A stretch of DNA of 63,998 nt, counting the filler, from Basidiobolus ranarum (lineage: Eukaryota), in NCBI GenBank assembly GCA_040143965.1. It is 3 parts of 3 records of this genome, joined end to end, with 100 filler letters (N's around TTAATTAATTAA, not from the genome) between each part and the next. Parts side by side here need not be neighbours in the genome. Positions count along the whole stretch, not along the records: positions 1 to 22,212 come from JASJQH010000190.1; positions 22,313 to 44,521 come from JASJQH010000191.1; 1 more part is not named here. One strand, 5' to 3'. Under the pieces are notes generated by a model, which was not told the origin of the DNA, did no database searches, and saw only the letters and a list, made by a program, of their open reading frames with translations. A program made the position numbers and the translations under genes. Numbering within the stretch: the first letter of the stretch is position 1; every line of letters starts with the position of its first letter. Below are positions 12,483 to 26,782 of this stretch, one piece after another.

Positions 12483-14429
12483 ATGAGTATAGCAACTCGA
12501 CGTGTAGTCGTTACCGGTTTAGGCTTAGTAACACCTCTAGCGACTGGTGTTAAAGCAAGTTGGGAACGACTAGTTAATTCCGATTCAGGCCTGATTTCTT
12601 TAACTAAAAAAGACCGACCAGATAATTTTGCCCACACTCAACATGACTATGACGGTCTTCCTTCGACCGTTGCTGGTGTTGTCTTGCGAGGCAGCAAAAC
12701 CCAGAACCTCTTTAACCCAGCCGAATGGTTAGAACGTGGTGTAAGTACTTCATAGATTGGTCGAAAGATTCCTAATTTTAGAAAATGTTCACCATTTACA
12801 CCTATCCTTGTACTTTCCAAGTGACCAAACTCATTTCTTCCTTGAATTATTAAGGACGAACGGAAAATGGCCGATTTCACTCAGTACGCTTTGTGCGCAG
12901 CTCAGCAAGCATTAGAGGATGCTGGTTGGCTCCCTGATAAAGAAGAAGACCGCATTCGCACTGTATGTACTGAAATTCTACTATAGAATACTATAACACA
13001 ATTATTAATTGAGCGCTAACATCAACTGTAGGGTGTCTGTGTAGGCTCCGGAATAGGAAGTGTAGAGGATATTGCGAGTACTGCAAACACGTATTATAGT
13101 CAGGTAAATGACTAATGAATTTCTTCGTAAAATTTTATCAGTATTCTCATTTTCCATGGTATTCAGGGTTATCGTCGAGTTAGTCCCATGTTTATTCCAC
13201 GTATTCTTATTAATATGGCCGCTGGACATTTAACCTTAAAATATGGATTCAAAGTAAGGACAAAGCACTAGAAATCAGAAGATTATTAGAGAGCTCATGC
13301 TATTTTTTCTTCAAGGGACCCAACCATGCCGCCTCTACAGCCTGCACAACTGGGGCCCACTCTATTGGTGATGCTATGAGGTTCATTCAATACGGCGATG
13401 CTGATGTTATGATTGCTGGTGGAAGTGAAGCCAGTATCAACCCACTCTCCATTGCAGGATTTGCCCGGTAATTTCACCAAACCAAAGTATATTTTTGCTG
13501 GCTATCTCTGATATCTGTTTAAAACAACAGTGCCAAATCATTATCCACTGGCTTCAACGATAATCCAACTGCTGCATCCAGACCTTTTGATCAGGGTCGG
13601 GATGGGTTTGTGATTGGTGAAGGGGCAGGAATTGTTGTATTAGAGGTAAGAATCTCAAGTATGCACCAAAATTTCTCGACCTTGACCTGATTTTATTTCG
13701 TCCTTCTTTACAAGGAACTCGAGCATGCAAAGAAACGTGGTGCCCATATTTATGCAGAAATCCGAGGATATGGACTTTCTGGTAAATTTCAGCATGACCT
13801 TTACTCTCATACATTACCTTTCTAATCCAATATTTGAATGGACTTTAGGCGATGCCAATCATATGACTGCTCCCCCTGAAGACGGAAACGGTGCTGCTAG
13901 AGCAATGAAACGTGCGATGGAGATAGCAGGACTCGCCGCCTCTCAAATTGACTATATCAACGCGCATGCCACATCTACTCCATTAGGTAAGTACCACAAG
14001 CTTAACGTAAGCCCCATCTCCATACTAACCAAGATCCATATGATCCAGGGGATGCGGCCGAGAACCGAGCCATTCAGTCGATTTTTAAAGATGAAGATGC
14101 TAAGCGTATTGCGGTATCCTCCACCAAAAGTGCCATTGGACATTTACTAGGAGCCGCAGGGGCTGTAGAAGCGATCTTTTCAATTCTAGCTGTAAACAAA
14201 GTAAATACTGAAACACTTGATTGAATTCATTTAATTGTGTACTAATAAGGATTTGATGAATTAGAATATAGTACCACCAACCTTGAACTTTGAACAACCT
14301 ACTTGTCAGAAAGAGTTCAATTTAAACTACGTGCCCAAGTTTGCCCAAGAAAAAGAAGTACGTGCTGCCATAACCAATTCCTTTGGCTTTGGTGGCACCA
14401 ATGCCTCTCTGTGCTTCTCAAAGTACTAA
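12483..14429 (+). CDS. CEM1: Mitochondrial 3-oxoacyl-ACP synthase (KAS II type), multi-exon
   Basis: [69 protein letters not shown]. Confidence 0.95.
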
Positions 14430-14838
14430 AGGGTTGAGCAACGAACATTCCAGTGATATTTTAATCATACCAGCAAATCCATTCACCCATTGAAACATAC
14501 AGCGTAAGCCGATCAAATATAAATCTATACATACAAACAATAAACTCGATCCGACAAATCAATGCCCATCTTTTCTCATGATACAATAGGACCATTAATA
14601 GCCTAAGTAAAATGACTATAAGCTAAAAGCCATAGGATACTATAGAAAACCATACTAATCCACAAGATAATTCTGATCCTTTTTTTTTTCTCTTTATCCC
14701 CATGTCGATAATACATTTTCTTTAGAATTTCTCGGAACCTATTAATTTCCAATTGGAAATTCAACATTTCCCTTCACTTTTGATTTATTCAATTGTTTCA
14801 CCACACCACCTCAAGTCACCTTTAAACCATAGAAAGAG

Positions 14839-17800
14839 ATGGCGAAAAAGAAGGGAGGAAATAAGAAGAAGCAAGATGATTACTGGTAAAGTAAACCACA
14901 TTCTCCCTAAGAGTTCTACTTAAAGTATTTAGTTTTAGTATTTAAAGTAGTTAAAATAATAATAGACATAGTAAAATCCCATTTAGAAAATCCCTTTTTC
15001 TCACCTAGATTTCGTAAACTTCCCTTAAATTCTTTGTAATGGGAATATTTAGGAAATCCCTTTTTTCTAACGTTATTTTTTATCTGTATTTAGGGATAAT
15101 GAGTTCGAAGAAGATGCTCAAAACCTTGAGGCTGCTCCCCCAGTAGAAGGTGAGGAACCAGTAGTAGAGGATGGTATTGATGAGTTTGGTGGTGGTGGTG
15201 GTTTAATGTCTCAGATATCTCGTGCTGGTAAAAAAAACAAAAAGAATAAGAAGGTTGCTGAAGTAGTGGAAGTAACCGAAGACGCTATGGAGGTTGAAAT
15301 CCCCGAAGAGCCCGTCATCACTATCAAGTCAAAGAAAGAAAAAGAAAGAGAGAAGAAGGAGAAACAAAAGGAAGCCAAGAAAAAGAAGGCTCAAGAGAAG
15401 AAAGCTCAATCTGCTTCTAAGCCTGCTGACGAACCTCAAGAAAAGGTCATAGAAACTCCAGAGCAACCCACTGTGGAAGCTACTCCTCAAGAATCTGAAG
15501 ACGAAGAGGGTGAAGGCGAAGGTGAAAGTAAGAGTGCTAAGGACAAGAAGAAAAAGAAGAAGAAGAAGAAGGCTGCCGAAGAAGAGAAGCCCAAGAAAAA
15601 GAAGGGTGGTCCTAATATTGCTGCTTTGCAGAAAATGCTAGAAGCTCAAAAACTTGCTGAAGAAGAGGCCAAGTTAAAGGAGGAAGAGGAACAACGTAAG
15701 CTTGAGGAAGAACGCAAGAGAATTGAAGAAGAAGAACGTGCTATTGAAGAGGCCAAGAGAAAGAAGAAGGAGAAGGAAAAGGCTAAGCGCGAACAACTCA
15801 GAAAGGATGGCAAACTTCTTACCAAGAAAGAAAGAGAGGCAAAGAGATTAGCTGAGTTACGACTTCAACAAATGCTTGATTCCGGTGTTATTGTCCAAGG
15901 TATTACTGAGCAACAAGATAACGACAATGACAACAAACCCAAGAAGATTGTCTACGGAAAGAGAAAGAAGAATAACAACAATGCCCCGAAGAAGGAACCT
16001 GTTGAGAAGAAACAAGAAGCTGTAAAGCCTCAACCCAAGCAAGAGGAGGCCAAGCCCGAATTGAAGGAAGAAGCCGATGCCAAAGAATCTTGGGAGATGT
16101 CTAGTGAAGATGAGAAGCCTGAAGAAGAGAACGTCAAGGAAAGCTGGGAGCTTTCTTCTGAAGAAGAAAAAGAAGAATCTGTTAAAGATAACTGGGATGA
16201 ATCTTCTGAAGATGAGAAGGAAGAAGAAAAAGAAGAGGAGAAACCCGAGCCTAAGAGTTCTGCCAAGGCTGCTCCTAAAGTTACTCCTAAAGCTGCCCCT
16301 AAAGCTGCTCCCAAAGCTGCTCCTAAGCCCGCTCCTAAGGAGGAGGAAGAAGAGGATTCTGAATCTGAAGAATCAGAGGAAGATTCGGATGATGACTCTG
16401 ATTCCGACTCTAGTGATTATGACAGTGATGATTCTGAAGAAGAACTTACTGCTGCGCAAAAGCAAGCTCTTCAACGTAAGCAAGAGGCTGCTGAGCGTCG
16501 TCACAAGCGCCACGAAGAAGCTATGGCTGCTAGGTCAAAGGATGATCTTCGCTCCCCTATTTGTTGTATTCTTGGACACGTAGATACTGGTAAAACCAAA
16601 CTTCTTGATAAAATTCGTCAAACCAATGTTCAAGAAGGTGAAGCTGGTGGTATTACTCAACAGATTGGTGCAACATACTTCCCTATGGAAATCATTAAGC
16701 AAAAGACTGCTGTTCTTAACAAGAACGGTGATATGGAATATAAACTTCCTGGTCTTCTCGTTATTGATACCCCAGGTCACGAATCTTTCACCAATTTGCG
16801 TTCCCGTGGTTCTTCACTCTGTAACATTGCTGTCCTTGTCGTCGATATTATGCACGGCTTAGAACCTCAAACCCTGGAATCTCTAAGACTTCTCAGAGAG
16901 AAAAAGACACCTTTTGTTGTTGCCTTGAATAAGATTGATCGTATTTATGGATGGGAGGCTATCCCCGATAATTCTTTCCGTGATTCTTATGAAAAGCAAA
17001 ACGCCAACGTAAAACGTGAATTCGAGAACCGTGTTACCAAGACCATTACTGAATTTGCTGAACAAGGATTAAACTCTTGCCTTTACTTCGACAACAAGAA
17101 TTTGGGTCGTAACGTTTCCTTGGTTCCAACCTCTGCCATCACTGGTGAAGGTATTCCTGATCTCCTTTCTTTACTTGTTCACTTGACTCAAACCAGAATG
17201 AGCGATAAGCTTATGTATCTTTCTGAGCTCGAGTGTACTGTGCTTGAAGTCAAGGTTATTGAGGGACTTGGTACTACCATTGATGTTGTATTATCAAACG
17301 GTGTACTGAATGAGGGTGATCGAGTTGTATTATGCGGTCTGAATGGACCTATTGTAACGACAATTCGTGCACTTCTTACACCTCAGCCTCTTCGCGAACT
17401 TCGTGTGAAATCAGCCTACGTCCACCACAAGACCGTCAAAGCATCACTTGGTATCAAGATTTCAGCCCAAGATCTTGAAAAAGCCATCGCTGGTTCACGA
17501 CTTCTTGTCGTTGGCCCTGATGATGATGAGGAAGATCTTATGGAGGAGGTGATGTCTGATTTGCAAAATTTGCAAAATTATATCGATACAACTGGACGTG
17601 GTGTTTGCGTCCAAGCCTCTACACTTGGTTCTTTGGAAGCTTTGCTTGAGTTCTTGCGCTCTTCCAAGATTCCTGTCTCTGGTATCAATATTGGACCAGT
17701 CCACAAGAAGGATATCATCAGATCATCAGTAATGCTGGAAAAAGCCAAGGAGTTCGCAGTTATGCTCTGCTTCGATGTTAAGGTCGATAGAGATGCTCAA

Positions 17801-18355
17801 GATCTAGCTGATGAGCTCGGTGTTAAAATCTTCAAAGCTGATATTATCTATCACTTGTTTGATCAGTTCACTGCATACAACAAAGAGATTACCGAGCAAA
17901 AGAGAAAGGATCAAGCTCCTCAAGCTGTATTCCCCTGTGTTCTGAAGATCATTCCCGGATGTGTCTTCAACAAGAGAGATCCAATTATTCTTGGTGTAGA
18001 TGTTGTCGATGGTGTGTTGAGAACCGGCACCCCTATCTGTGTGGTTAGAGCCGACCCTGCCACTGGCCAAAAAGAGATTACAACTCTCGGACGTGTTACT
18101 AGTATGGAACAAAACCACAAGAGTGTTGATCAAGTCAAGAAGGGACAAGCAGGTGGTGGTATCGCTATCAAAGTTGAATGCGCCGTTTACGAGAATCCCA
18201 AAACCTTTGGTAGACACTTTGTCGAATCTGATGAGCTTTACTCACGCATCACTCGTGGTTCCATTGATGTCTTGAAGGAATCATTCCGTAATGACTTAAG
18301 TAAGGAGGAGTGGGCCTTGATTGTTAAATTGAAGAAGACCCTTGACATAAATTAA
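14839..18355 (+). CDS. FUN12: Translation initiation factor eIF5B
   Basis: Exon 1 14839-14885 ([16 protein letters not shown]), intron, exon 2 15094-18355; K/E-rich N-terminus and GTPase motifs [20 protein letters not shown]. Confidence 0.97.
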
Positions 18356-18665
18356 ATATGCTTGTTCATTACAACCCACGCAGAAAATTCCTCACCATAA
18401 AATGGATATCCTCTCATGTATAAAATCAAAAATAAAGTTACCTTTGATTCGCATATGTTTTCCATTCCAATCCCACTAAGGCTATATATATATATGTATT
18501 GTAATATTATATTGTAATGGAACACTTTCGTAATGTCCAGTCATCTTACATAATATCTACTACAGAAGATTTATTGTGTGAATTGAGATAATTGTAAACA
18601 AATTTTTACATTGACTCTGGTATTAAAAGTTTTATTATTTTGTGAAGATTATTCATTGATTTTCA

Positions 18666-21600
18666 TTACCTTGGAAAATAAATGTCCGATTCTTTTGGGG
18701 TGGAGTTTGTGGTGATAGTGGTAGTCGCATTCGTGGGAGTGTAAGATGACATTTGTGGCAAAGTATTGGCGACCTGTGATATTGACCCTGGTGGTGGTGG
18801 TGTGTTGGAGTATGTTGAATGTGAATTAAACGGTATTGAGGCTGGAATGGATGGCAAAGGTTGGGCAATTCTAGAAGTATTGGCATCTTGGGCAGGGGTC
18901 GAGAGATGCAGTTGCGATGGAGTATGTGAGAACTGAGTACGTGACCCGGTTGGGGTATCCATTACACTGGGGGATAGAGCTTTCACTGGTCGTGGCGTAT
19001 TATTCTTTTGATAATAGAGACCTATGGAGATTCATATTAGTATCATTCTCAGGGCTGTAGAGTTGAAGCAATGTCTAAATACTTACCACATGCATTACAT
19101 AATGTCTAATGTACGCCAGGCAATTGAAGAGGTGTTAGTAAATATCCTACGGACAATAGAGAAAGAAACACGAGGATCTCACCTTTTCTCCGCTAGGCCC
19201 TTTTCTCAATAAAGGCGTACTACTGGAAGAGCATCCACAGTTGGCACAGGCCCAGTCATCAAGTCCCTTATCAGCTCTGGAGGGTGTTCGCCGTGTAACC
19301 TCTCTGACAGGAGTGGTACGGCTAGGTGAATCAGCTTTTGCCCGGATTCTAGCTGATGTCCTTGAGAGCGCAGATAAATTACTGGTAGAGAGAATAGGCG
19401 CTGCGGAATGTGTCGATCCAAAACTGGTTCCAGATAAATGAGATTTCCAAATATTAGGAGTACTAGGTGTGGTGGAGGCATCAGAACCAGTCTGCCCATT
19501 ATCCACCGAAGGCGAAGTAAACAAAGAACGACTTGTTTTGGGTGGATCTCTATCTGGCAAGACAACACCTCTACGTCCACGATTCTGTCGGCGTTTGCGT
19601 CTAATTGGAAAATAAGTATCTGGCCGTGTTTAATGATGTGTCTTAGTGTTTACCTTGTTTCTCTTTCTCTGTCACGTTCCAATTTCTCGACCTCAGCATC
19701 AGTCAATTCCACAAGCATTGGTGTGAACTGATCCACCAGCTCTTCATCACGGATAACACTGATAACATTAGGAAGAAAGCTCGATGCAAGATCACCGTCG
19801 TAGATTGGTGAGCCATCAAAGGAATATCCTAGTAATATTAGTGATTTTACATAGATGTATATTTGTTCGCGGATGGAATGGGCGATTGCAGTTCTGTATT
19901 TTGAAAACAAGTGGAGATGAACAACAGTGACTCGCTTTCAATTAACTTTAAAGCGCTACTTACTTGAATTCTCCACCCAATCCGAGCTCGTTTGCCAATA
20001 CTTCAGCAAATAGTTCTGGATCGTTCTTCGGACAGTTTATGTCCCATTCAAACTGATCCAAGAGAGACACATTTCCGACGGTAATGTCAATTTTGATGGG
20101 AATACGAAGCTCGGTATTCGAACCTTCAAACGGTTGCTCTAACTCGTCAACCTCATATGATTCCTCAGCGTCCCCAGAATCTTCTGGAACATCACTTACC
20201 TCCGAAGGAGAGGGCTTTCGATTGTGAATCATAAAGTCTTCCACTTGCTCTTTGATTGAGCTGGCAATTGCTGGAACAAATGCTGAAACTGGTAAATGGA
20301 AATCTTCGCACAACACCTCGGCAAAATGTTCGTAACTAATCGTAGTTTCTATCAAATAAACTCAAGTTAACTACATGTCCTCAATATTCAGAGTCTTTAA
20401 TCGGTGTAAATGCAATATACCATTGACATTCCATGTAAACGTATCTCTTAGCTTCTGTCCATCTCCATCAACCTCCAGTCGAATAGGAACAAGAAATTCT
20501 TCTTGGTTGGCCTGCTCTCTGAGCTTCTCCCTTGGACTATAAATCAATGAAATTATTAAGTGATGGTCATATAAGTTTGTAAGGCTCAGCAAAAAACTGT
20601 ACAATTTGAATTCTCTAGATTTACGGACGCGCTTCCTTCTGGATGGTAGAACGATTTGGAATCTTTGTCCGGTATATCCATTCCCATACCCATTATACCC
20701 GATTCCAAACGCGTAAGGTCCATTCACGGCTATATTACGTTGCTCCATGATCATCAGTTCGACCTCTTGGCGCTTATGGTTTAGTAACTGGTTTTGGCGG
20801 GCTTGCTGTTTCTCCAAAACGACCTTATATTGCTGTTCCTTTTTTATGTATTGTTCAGCCAATATTTTTTGTTTTTTTAGAACCTCTGAATCCAATGAAA
20901 ACCTTCATGAGAAAAATCATCTACGTTTAGATTGCCAAAAGTTAAGAGACATTACCTGGATCGGTTACCACCTCTTCTTCCGACTCTTCTTCTTCCTCAG
21001 TAAAATCAGCGACAGCACTGGTTAGGTTCGTTTGTAATGGGACAGGTGAGTTTAAGTTAGCGTTGCCAGCATTGACTTGGACTTTTTGCTCTTGAAAGTG
21101 AGCTGGTGATAGACTATTTCTAACCCTATCCATTCGCATTGGTTCCGGTGACTGATTCTGGCTTACACGGCCAGATAAAGTTGGGTTTGTTGAATATTGA
21201 TTTGGAGCTATTTGATTGTCAGAAATAGGTGGGGTTCCCATCTGCATTTGCGCTTTTGGCAACGAATCCGAGTTTTTTCTCATACTCTCCTGCTGGGATT
21301 GCAAAATTTGCATAGGTTGCAGTTGAGAATTGGACTGCCCTAGTCCTTGTTGTTGAATGCGTTGCATGTTTAAAACAGGCGACGGCTGTTGACTGTGCTG
21401 TCGCGGCTGTAATTGAGGGAATTGAGAACCTTGAGGTGTTGATTGTCTGCTTTGACGTTGCTGAATTTTTGCTTGCAATTGTTGCTGACTACCTTGATTG
21501 CTCTGTATTGGAGAAGACTCTTTCGAAAAATTACCAAACGTAGGCTGAGTAGAAGCAATGGACCCTTGAGAACTAATTGACTGATGTTGTTTAGACGCCA

Positions 21601-22212
21601 ATATTTGCGCATATTGCTGTTGGACTGTGAGGGGTTGAGCCTGTTGAGGGAGGAGTGTTGAGTTCAAATGATTATTTGTTAGGAAGGAAGCAGAGTCATT
21701 GGAATAATTCTGCTCTAAACCATTGTTGTTGGGGAAATTGCTACCAACACCAAACGTATTTACTTGGTTTTGCTCGGTTGTTTGTTGCGGTATAGGGGAC
21801 TGGCGGGAGATGCCTACAGTTCTGGAAGTAGGTACGTTATTGTGAAGAGAGGAGTACATGTTTGGCATTTGCAACGAAGAAGAGCCAGGAATTTGGTTGG
21901 TACTAAGGTTATGAGGAAAACCAGTTTGTTGACTTGTCTGAAGCTGCGGTAACGTGGAATTCTGGAAGTTAGCTGAGTTCAGGCTCAAGGAGTCATCCTT
22001 AGGGCCAGTACCATAAGTTTCCTGGTCTTGGAAAGTGGTTTGTGTAGCATTTTGTTGATGCTGTAGTTGCTGATTTCTCATAAACAAAAGTTGTTGTTGT
22101 TGTTGACCAGGACTCATAAATTGATTATTTTGAAGACCCGGAAAAGATCGTTGTGTTGTGGATTGATGAGATTGTGCCTGATTGGGTGAAGATTGCTGAA
22201 GCATCTGCTGTT
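18666..22212 (-). CDS. SNF5: SWI/SNF subunit Snf5 with Q-rich N-terminus and C-terminal GATA zinc finger (5' end cut by gap)
   Basis: [59 protein letters not shown]-x20-CNAC finger. Confidence 0.9.
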
Positions 22213-22312
22213 NNNNNNNNNNNNNNNNNNNNNNNNNNNNNNNNNNNNNNNNNNNNTTAATTAATTAANNNNNNNNNNNNNNNNNNNNNNNNNNNNNNNN
22301 NNNNNNNNNNNN
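22213..22312. other. Artificial contig-joining spacer (N44-TTAATTAATTAA-N44)
   Basis: Exactly 100 nt with a six-frame stop linker; identical to 44522-44621. Confidence 0.97.
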
Positions 22313-22480
22313 GGACTGTTTTTCGAAAGAATGCAATGTAGACATACTAGAAGGATTGGAAAACTTGGGGTATGTGATAAGCGACAACCACACCTTTTAT
22401 ACTTTCGTGTTGAGTCGGTGTTTCAACTTTTGGAAAGCGTCCCAGTCTAATGAATACCAACATGAAATCTAGATATTGGG
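22313..22480 (-). mobile_element. Gypsy RT/RNase H linker relic
   Basis: WDAFQKLKHRL and ITYPKFSNP resemble AFQKLK..L...PVLAYPDFSKP. Confidence 0.45.
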
Positions 22481-22899
22481 ATCACGTACTGCGGGTAGGG
22501 TGATACCAGAAGATCCCTCTCCACCTGGCCAGGACCGATCTTGTATCCGGATCCAATGGAACGTATCAGGGCAATTTACTCCATATTCCTTCATGATTTG
22601 GTACTAAAGTTATACTCGGCCTACTATGATGTGTCCCAACCGCATAATCAACAGATATGTCATCATCAAGGTCATCAGTAGCTTTGTATGTAGAGAAAGT
22701 ATATCTCACTAATACCATTAGAGCCATACAGGAGATCTGGAAAAATACCGGGTCAAGCCGAGCTTGATCGGCGCAATTGTTCGGATCGGCGTATGGGAGA
22801 TTGAGATCGCTTACCTTCTCAATGGAATTCCCTGTTACCCAGGCCATTGATCCCTTCTCATAGAAGATTGAGTTCAGGAGTAATTATGCAGAAAGGGTC

Positions 22900-23950
22900 A
22901 AAGGAAGGTTTAGATTGAATTGGGACAAACCTTATTTTCCTGTGGTACATCTGGATATGAATTCTATTTCATCCAAGTTCCACATGCTAAGAAAGAAATG
23001 ACTGAGGGTCATCAATGGGATCAAATGATGCGAGACAAACTTAAGCTTTATTTGTGTAACGGCGTATTTTCCACAACACTCAAAAGATCTATGCTAATAG
23101 GCGCTAAGCCCTGTTTTGAATTATACTAATACTTGGTGATGGTAGCACTTTACCGCGTACATTATTGGTTTAAGAAGAATAGGAGATACTTTTGTAGGAG
23201 TCTCGGCAAACTTGAGTAATTTCAAAACACCTTCACACATCTCCGTTCCTGCGAATAAACGAAATACAGTAAGGTGGACCTTCCTATCTCCTAAACTTTG
23301 GGACATTCATCTCAAGGGAGTTTGAGCCAATTTTTTTCTTCCGGTGTGTCATGACATAGCTAACTTTGAACCATTTGATACTTAACAAGTCCTCAATCAG
23401 AAGAAGGATTCAACTATTTTTGATGAAGTCGTGTCTAATTCATTGCATCCCTTTCTAGCAACGCACGTTAATGACTTTAAACCAGTTATTGTATCAATCC
23501 TCAGAATCCAGTGCCTATAGTGCCGTTTGTTGATACTTTGATAAAGAGATGGCTTCTGGGAGACTTCGACTTGCCGGATGAAAGATACGACTCGCTACAT
23601 TAGCTGATGCAACGGGTAGAGTTAAGTTAAAAAGGATGACTCCTTGCAGCATGCCCGGATGCACTGCTAACAAGGGCCAAGAAATGGCAACAATATTGTT
23701 GTACAGCCTCTCCTGTATTCCCGAGATCAATCCTTTTTAATCTGCAGTATAACAGTTTACCATTACACTAGGCTATACATCTGCAGATAGGTTAACACAA
23801 CCAAAGCCTATTCGTAACCGTAATCCTTACTATTAGGTATCTGGGAGATATCATTCGGATTGTGTTGGGAATATGATGGTATAGCAGTATGAAGTGATGC
23901 TTTCTGAAATGCGCATCGATTCGTACCTAAACACTGAAATTTATTTCTTA
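22900..23950 (-). mobile_element. Degenerate non-LTR (LINE, L1/Tx1-like) reverse transcriptase relic
   Basis: Collinear degenerate blocks IIFPTQ (I.P.Q.GF), RIGFG, SGIQE...ISWPLL (GIRQG...AIEPL) and TLSHFF; many stops and frameshifts. Confidence 0.5.
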
Positions 23951-24049
23951 TCAACTAGGAGCTTGAAATGGATCTTCGTTTATGCTAGTATCGAGTCTGC
24001 TGAGGTACCCCCTTGACATAGCATGAAGAAGAAATTTTGAGTCACAAGA

Positions 24050-25750
24050 AAGAGGCTTGCTTTTCTTGGGCTCTAAATGGAATAGTTGTTTTCTAGAGCT
24101 TGCCAAGTGTCTCTCTAGCCAAGCACATTGATTTGCACAGGCTGATATAGGCGTACAGAAGGTGTACAGGCCATCTTAGTAACTACCCTAAGTATTAATG
24201 GAGATAGATAGGATATATATAGATTTCACTTAAGCATTGCTTAATTAAACGCCCAATTATGCACGGGATCATTTCTATTATGGCCAAATATTACTTGGCA
24301 CAAATGCAGCATATTTTGAACCATTATTTGAGAGCTCTCTGCAGCTTTATTAACATTTCTAACCAATCTCAGATTACCCCAAAGCATATGATTGTGCTCT
24401 CATATCCTCTGTATGGCTTGTGTTTAGTGCATTTCTACAAAAGTTCGCTATTTTTAGTACTACAAAATCTATACTCCAACAGCAACTCTTCACTTCCCAC
24501 GTTATTTCAAGCTTCTCAAACTCGTGCCACCAAAATCCAATACCAATTCAGGTATTTCCATCCACGATGTCTTATCCAGCACTCTCTTTGTACACAAGCA
24601 TCAAGTTCTCTGAAATTGTCCGATATTCAATTAGTATTTTGGTTTGAGAGAGGCCAGAATAGGCAGCCTTGCAATCTTATTCCCCATTGATGTATATTTG
24701 AAGCATCAGCAACATTCATGAGTGAGCTTGTAGATGAATTGCATATCTATTTCTGGTTACTTTCCGGTTAGAATAGATCATTGGGCGGATTCCAAAATGA
24801 GTTTAAATGTGTACAACATGCCTTGAAAAATTACACATGCGTGCTTGAGCTTATGGTGGCCATAAGATTTGAAATATCCTAACCCTTTACCTTTTCAGCA
24901 GAACACTTATTGATATAACTTACCAATAGGATAATATCCAATTTTATATCGTTAAATGAATTCCAAATACCATCATGATGAATACTAGCTGAAAAAGGTT
25001 AGGCATCAGTTCAACAGAATACTCTTGTATTATCCCATAGTGGTTTGAATAGAGTATATGCTTTGGAATATAGAGAAATTGTCAATATTTGGATTCAGTG
25101 TGAGAAAGGATTGCATAAGTGTTTTCCAAAAACATACAAAGTTGCCTAACTTGAAATATCTTCAATTTATTTGAGAATCTATATAGTCTTCTTCCAGATC
25201 TAACAAATCATATGGCCCATTGTTGAGGTTAACTATCTTTATTATACTTGTAAACCCTGTCTTAGCCAAACTATCCTCTTTACTGCATCTGAGGTAGCTA
25301 ACATTATTTAGTCAACTACTACTGAACTCAAAGTTAGGAATAATTGTTATTGCCAATTATCAATCAATCATCCATATCAGTTATCATACCCAATAGTCCT
25401 TTCTGGTTTCTATTTAAATTCCCAGTGTTACAAGCTGAAAATTCATTTTTCTCTCTTGGTGCTATTGTTTTTCCTTTCCCTATGATCTTTATTACTTCAT
25501 CAATTAGTATTCCTTTTGTATGGAACTCATTATATGACATTGCTATGAATAGTAAAATTAATACTGGTTTTCTAGCATTGATATAGTACCAAAAACTGTT
25601 ACCCTATGAGTTATATCTTAGTCATAGGACACCTTTGCTACAATCATGACACATATTAGTATGTAGCAACTTCAAGGATGTCTTTGGCTTAAATAATGGT
25701 AGACCATTGCACATGACTGCTTTTCCATTTAGGCAAGATGTAGAATATTC
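24050..25750 (-). mobile_element. Highly degenerate Ty3/gypsy pol relic
   Basis: Ordered remnants resembling GYYQI, MPFGL.NA..TFQ, GIRP, VADAS and N..ADALSR motifs; AT-rich and CpG-depleted. Confidence 0.45.
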
Positions 25751-25799
25751 TGTCACTCTTCTTTTGGATGCAAATGTGAGCCTAAAGTTTTAGAACTTA

Positions 25800-26460
25800 T
25801 TTGTAGATATACCAATACTTGACAGGAATTGAAGAAATGAGTGTACATAGAGTATTCATCCTATTAATGAATACATATAACCAAAGATTATATAGTTATT
25901 ACCAGAACATTGCTTGCAATACTAAGAGCTATGCCTGAACATATGTATGAAATATAATTACCATACTCTTACACCATAGGAAATATTATCTTGTATTTAA
26001 TAATAACTGAACATTTTGGCTCACTTAATTGTGATGAATATGCCAGAAGCAAGAAAGCAACATGTCAATAGCTCATGTATTCTGAGTAGGAACATCATTA
26101 TATCTATATACTAAGTTTGTCTCATTACCTCTGTTTACCTGTTGTATCATATTACACAAACTCCAGCATATTGCAAACATTTGATTTACTTCTCTGCTAC
26201 ATAGATTGCCCTAACATGTTACAAAAAAACCAACTAAAGCAATAACACCAGTAACATAATCTATCCTCATCATAAGCAGATCCTACAGTAAACATATAGA
26301 AACCAAAAAATGATATGTATTCAAAACATTTGTGCAAGCAAAATGCACCATTGTAGAACAGATCTTGAGCACTCCAGAATATGAACCTCAACCTTAGCAG
26401 TTCTTGTACTGTTCATGTGTATCAGAAATATGTTTAAGTATTGAGATGAGGAATATATAA
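25800..26460 (+). mobile_element. Degenerate Ty1/copia RT-RNase H relic
   Basis: ARKQHVNSS (SKKQ..VA.S) near 26050, SKHIETK near 26287, and a degenerate PPT TTGAGATGAGG near 26441. Confidence 0.55.
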
Positions 26461-26782
26461 CCTATTAGTGCTATCTAACTTAGCTATTAAAAGTGAAATA
26501 TGGAAGAAAATACATATGGATCTAACTACTGCCATGGAGACAGGACCTATTCAAAATATGCTCACACTATATGAGTTACTTTCCAAGTTAATTAAAAATA
26601 TTATTGTTAATTTTGATCTCAGTTATAGGACAGTATATATAGGTGAAACTAGCTTATATAATCTATATATATATATATGAATAGTAATATTTCCAGACCA
26701 ATATAATTATTGGGTAAAAAGGAGCTTTATGCAAGAAATTTCAAGATATGGAGGTATAGTTGGGCAGCTATAGTATTTTATA

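Noticed and set aside
16262-16340. 12-bp tandem repeat encoding (PKAA)n
   Set aside because: Ordinary low-complexity linker in the eIF5B N-terminus.
15857-18275. Many antisense and alternate-frame ORFs over eIF5B (likewise over DPP3, SNF5 and CHAP genes)
   Set aside because: Shadow ORFs caused by codon bias; no recognisable motifs.
22213-22312. Palindromic TTAATTAATTAA flanked by Ns (also 44522-44621)
   Set aside because: Assembly linker with six-frame stops; not biological, and adjacency across it cannot be trusted.
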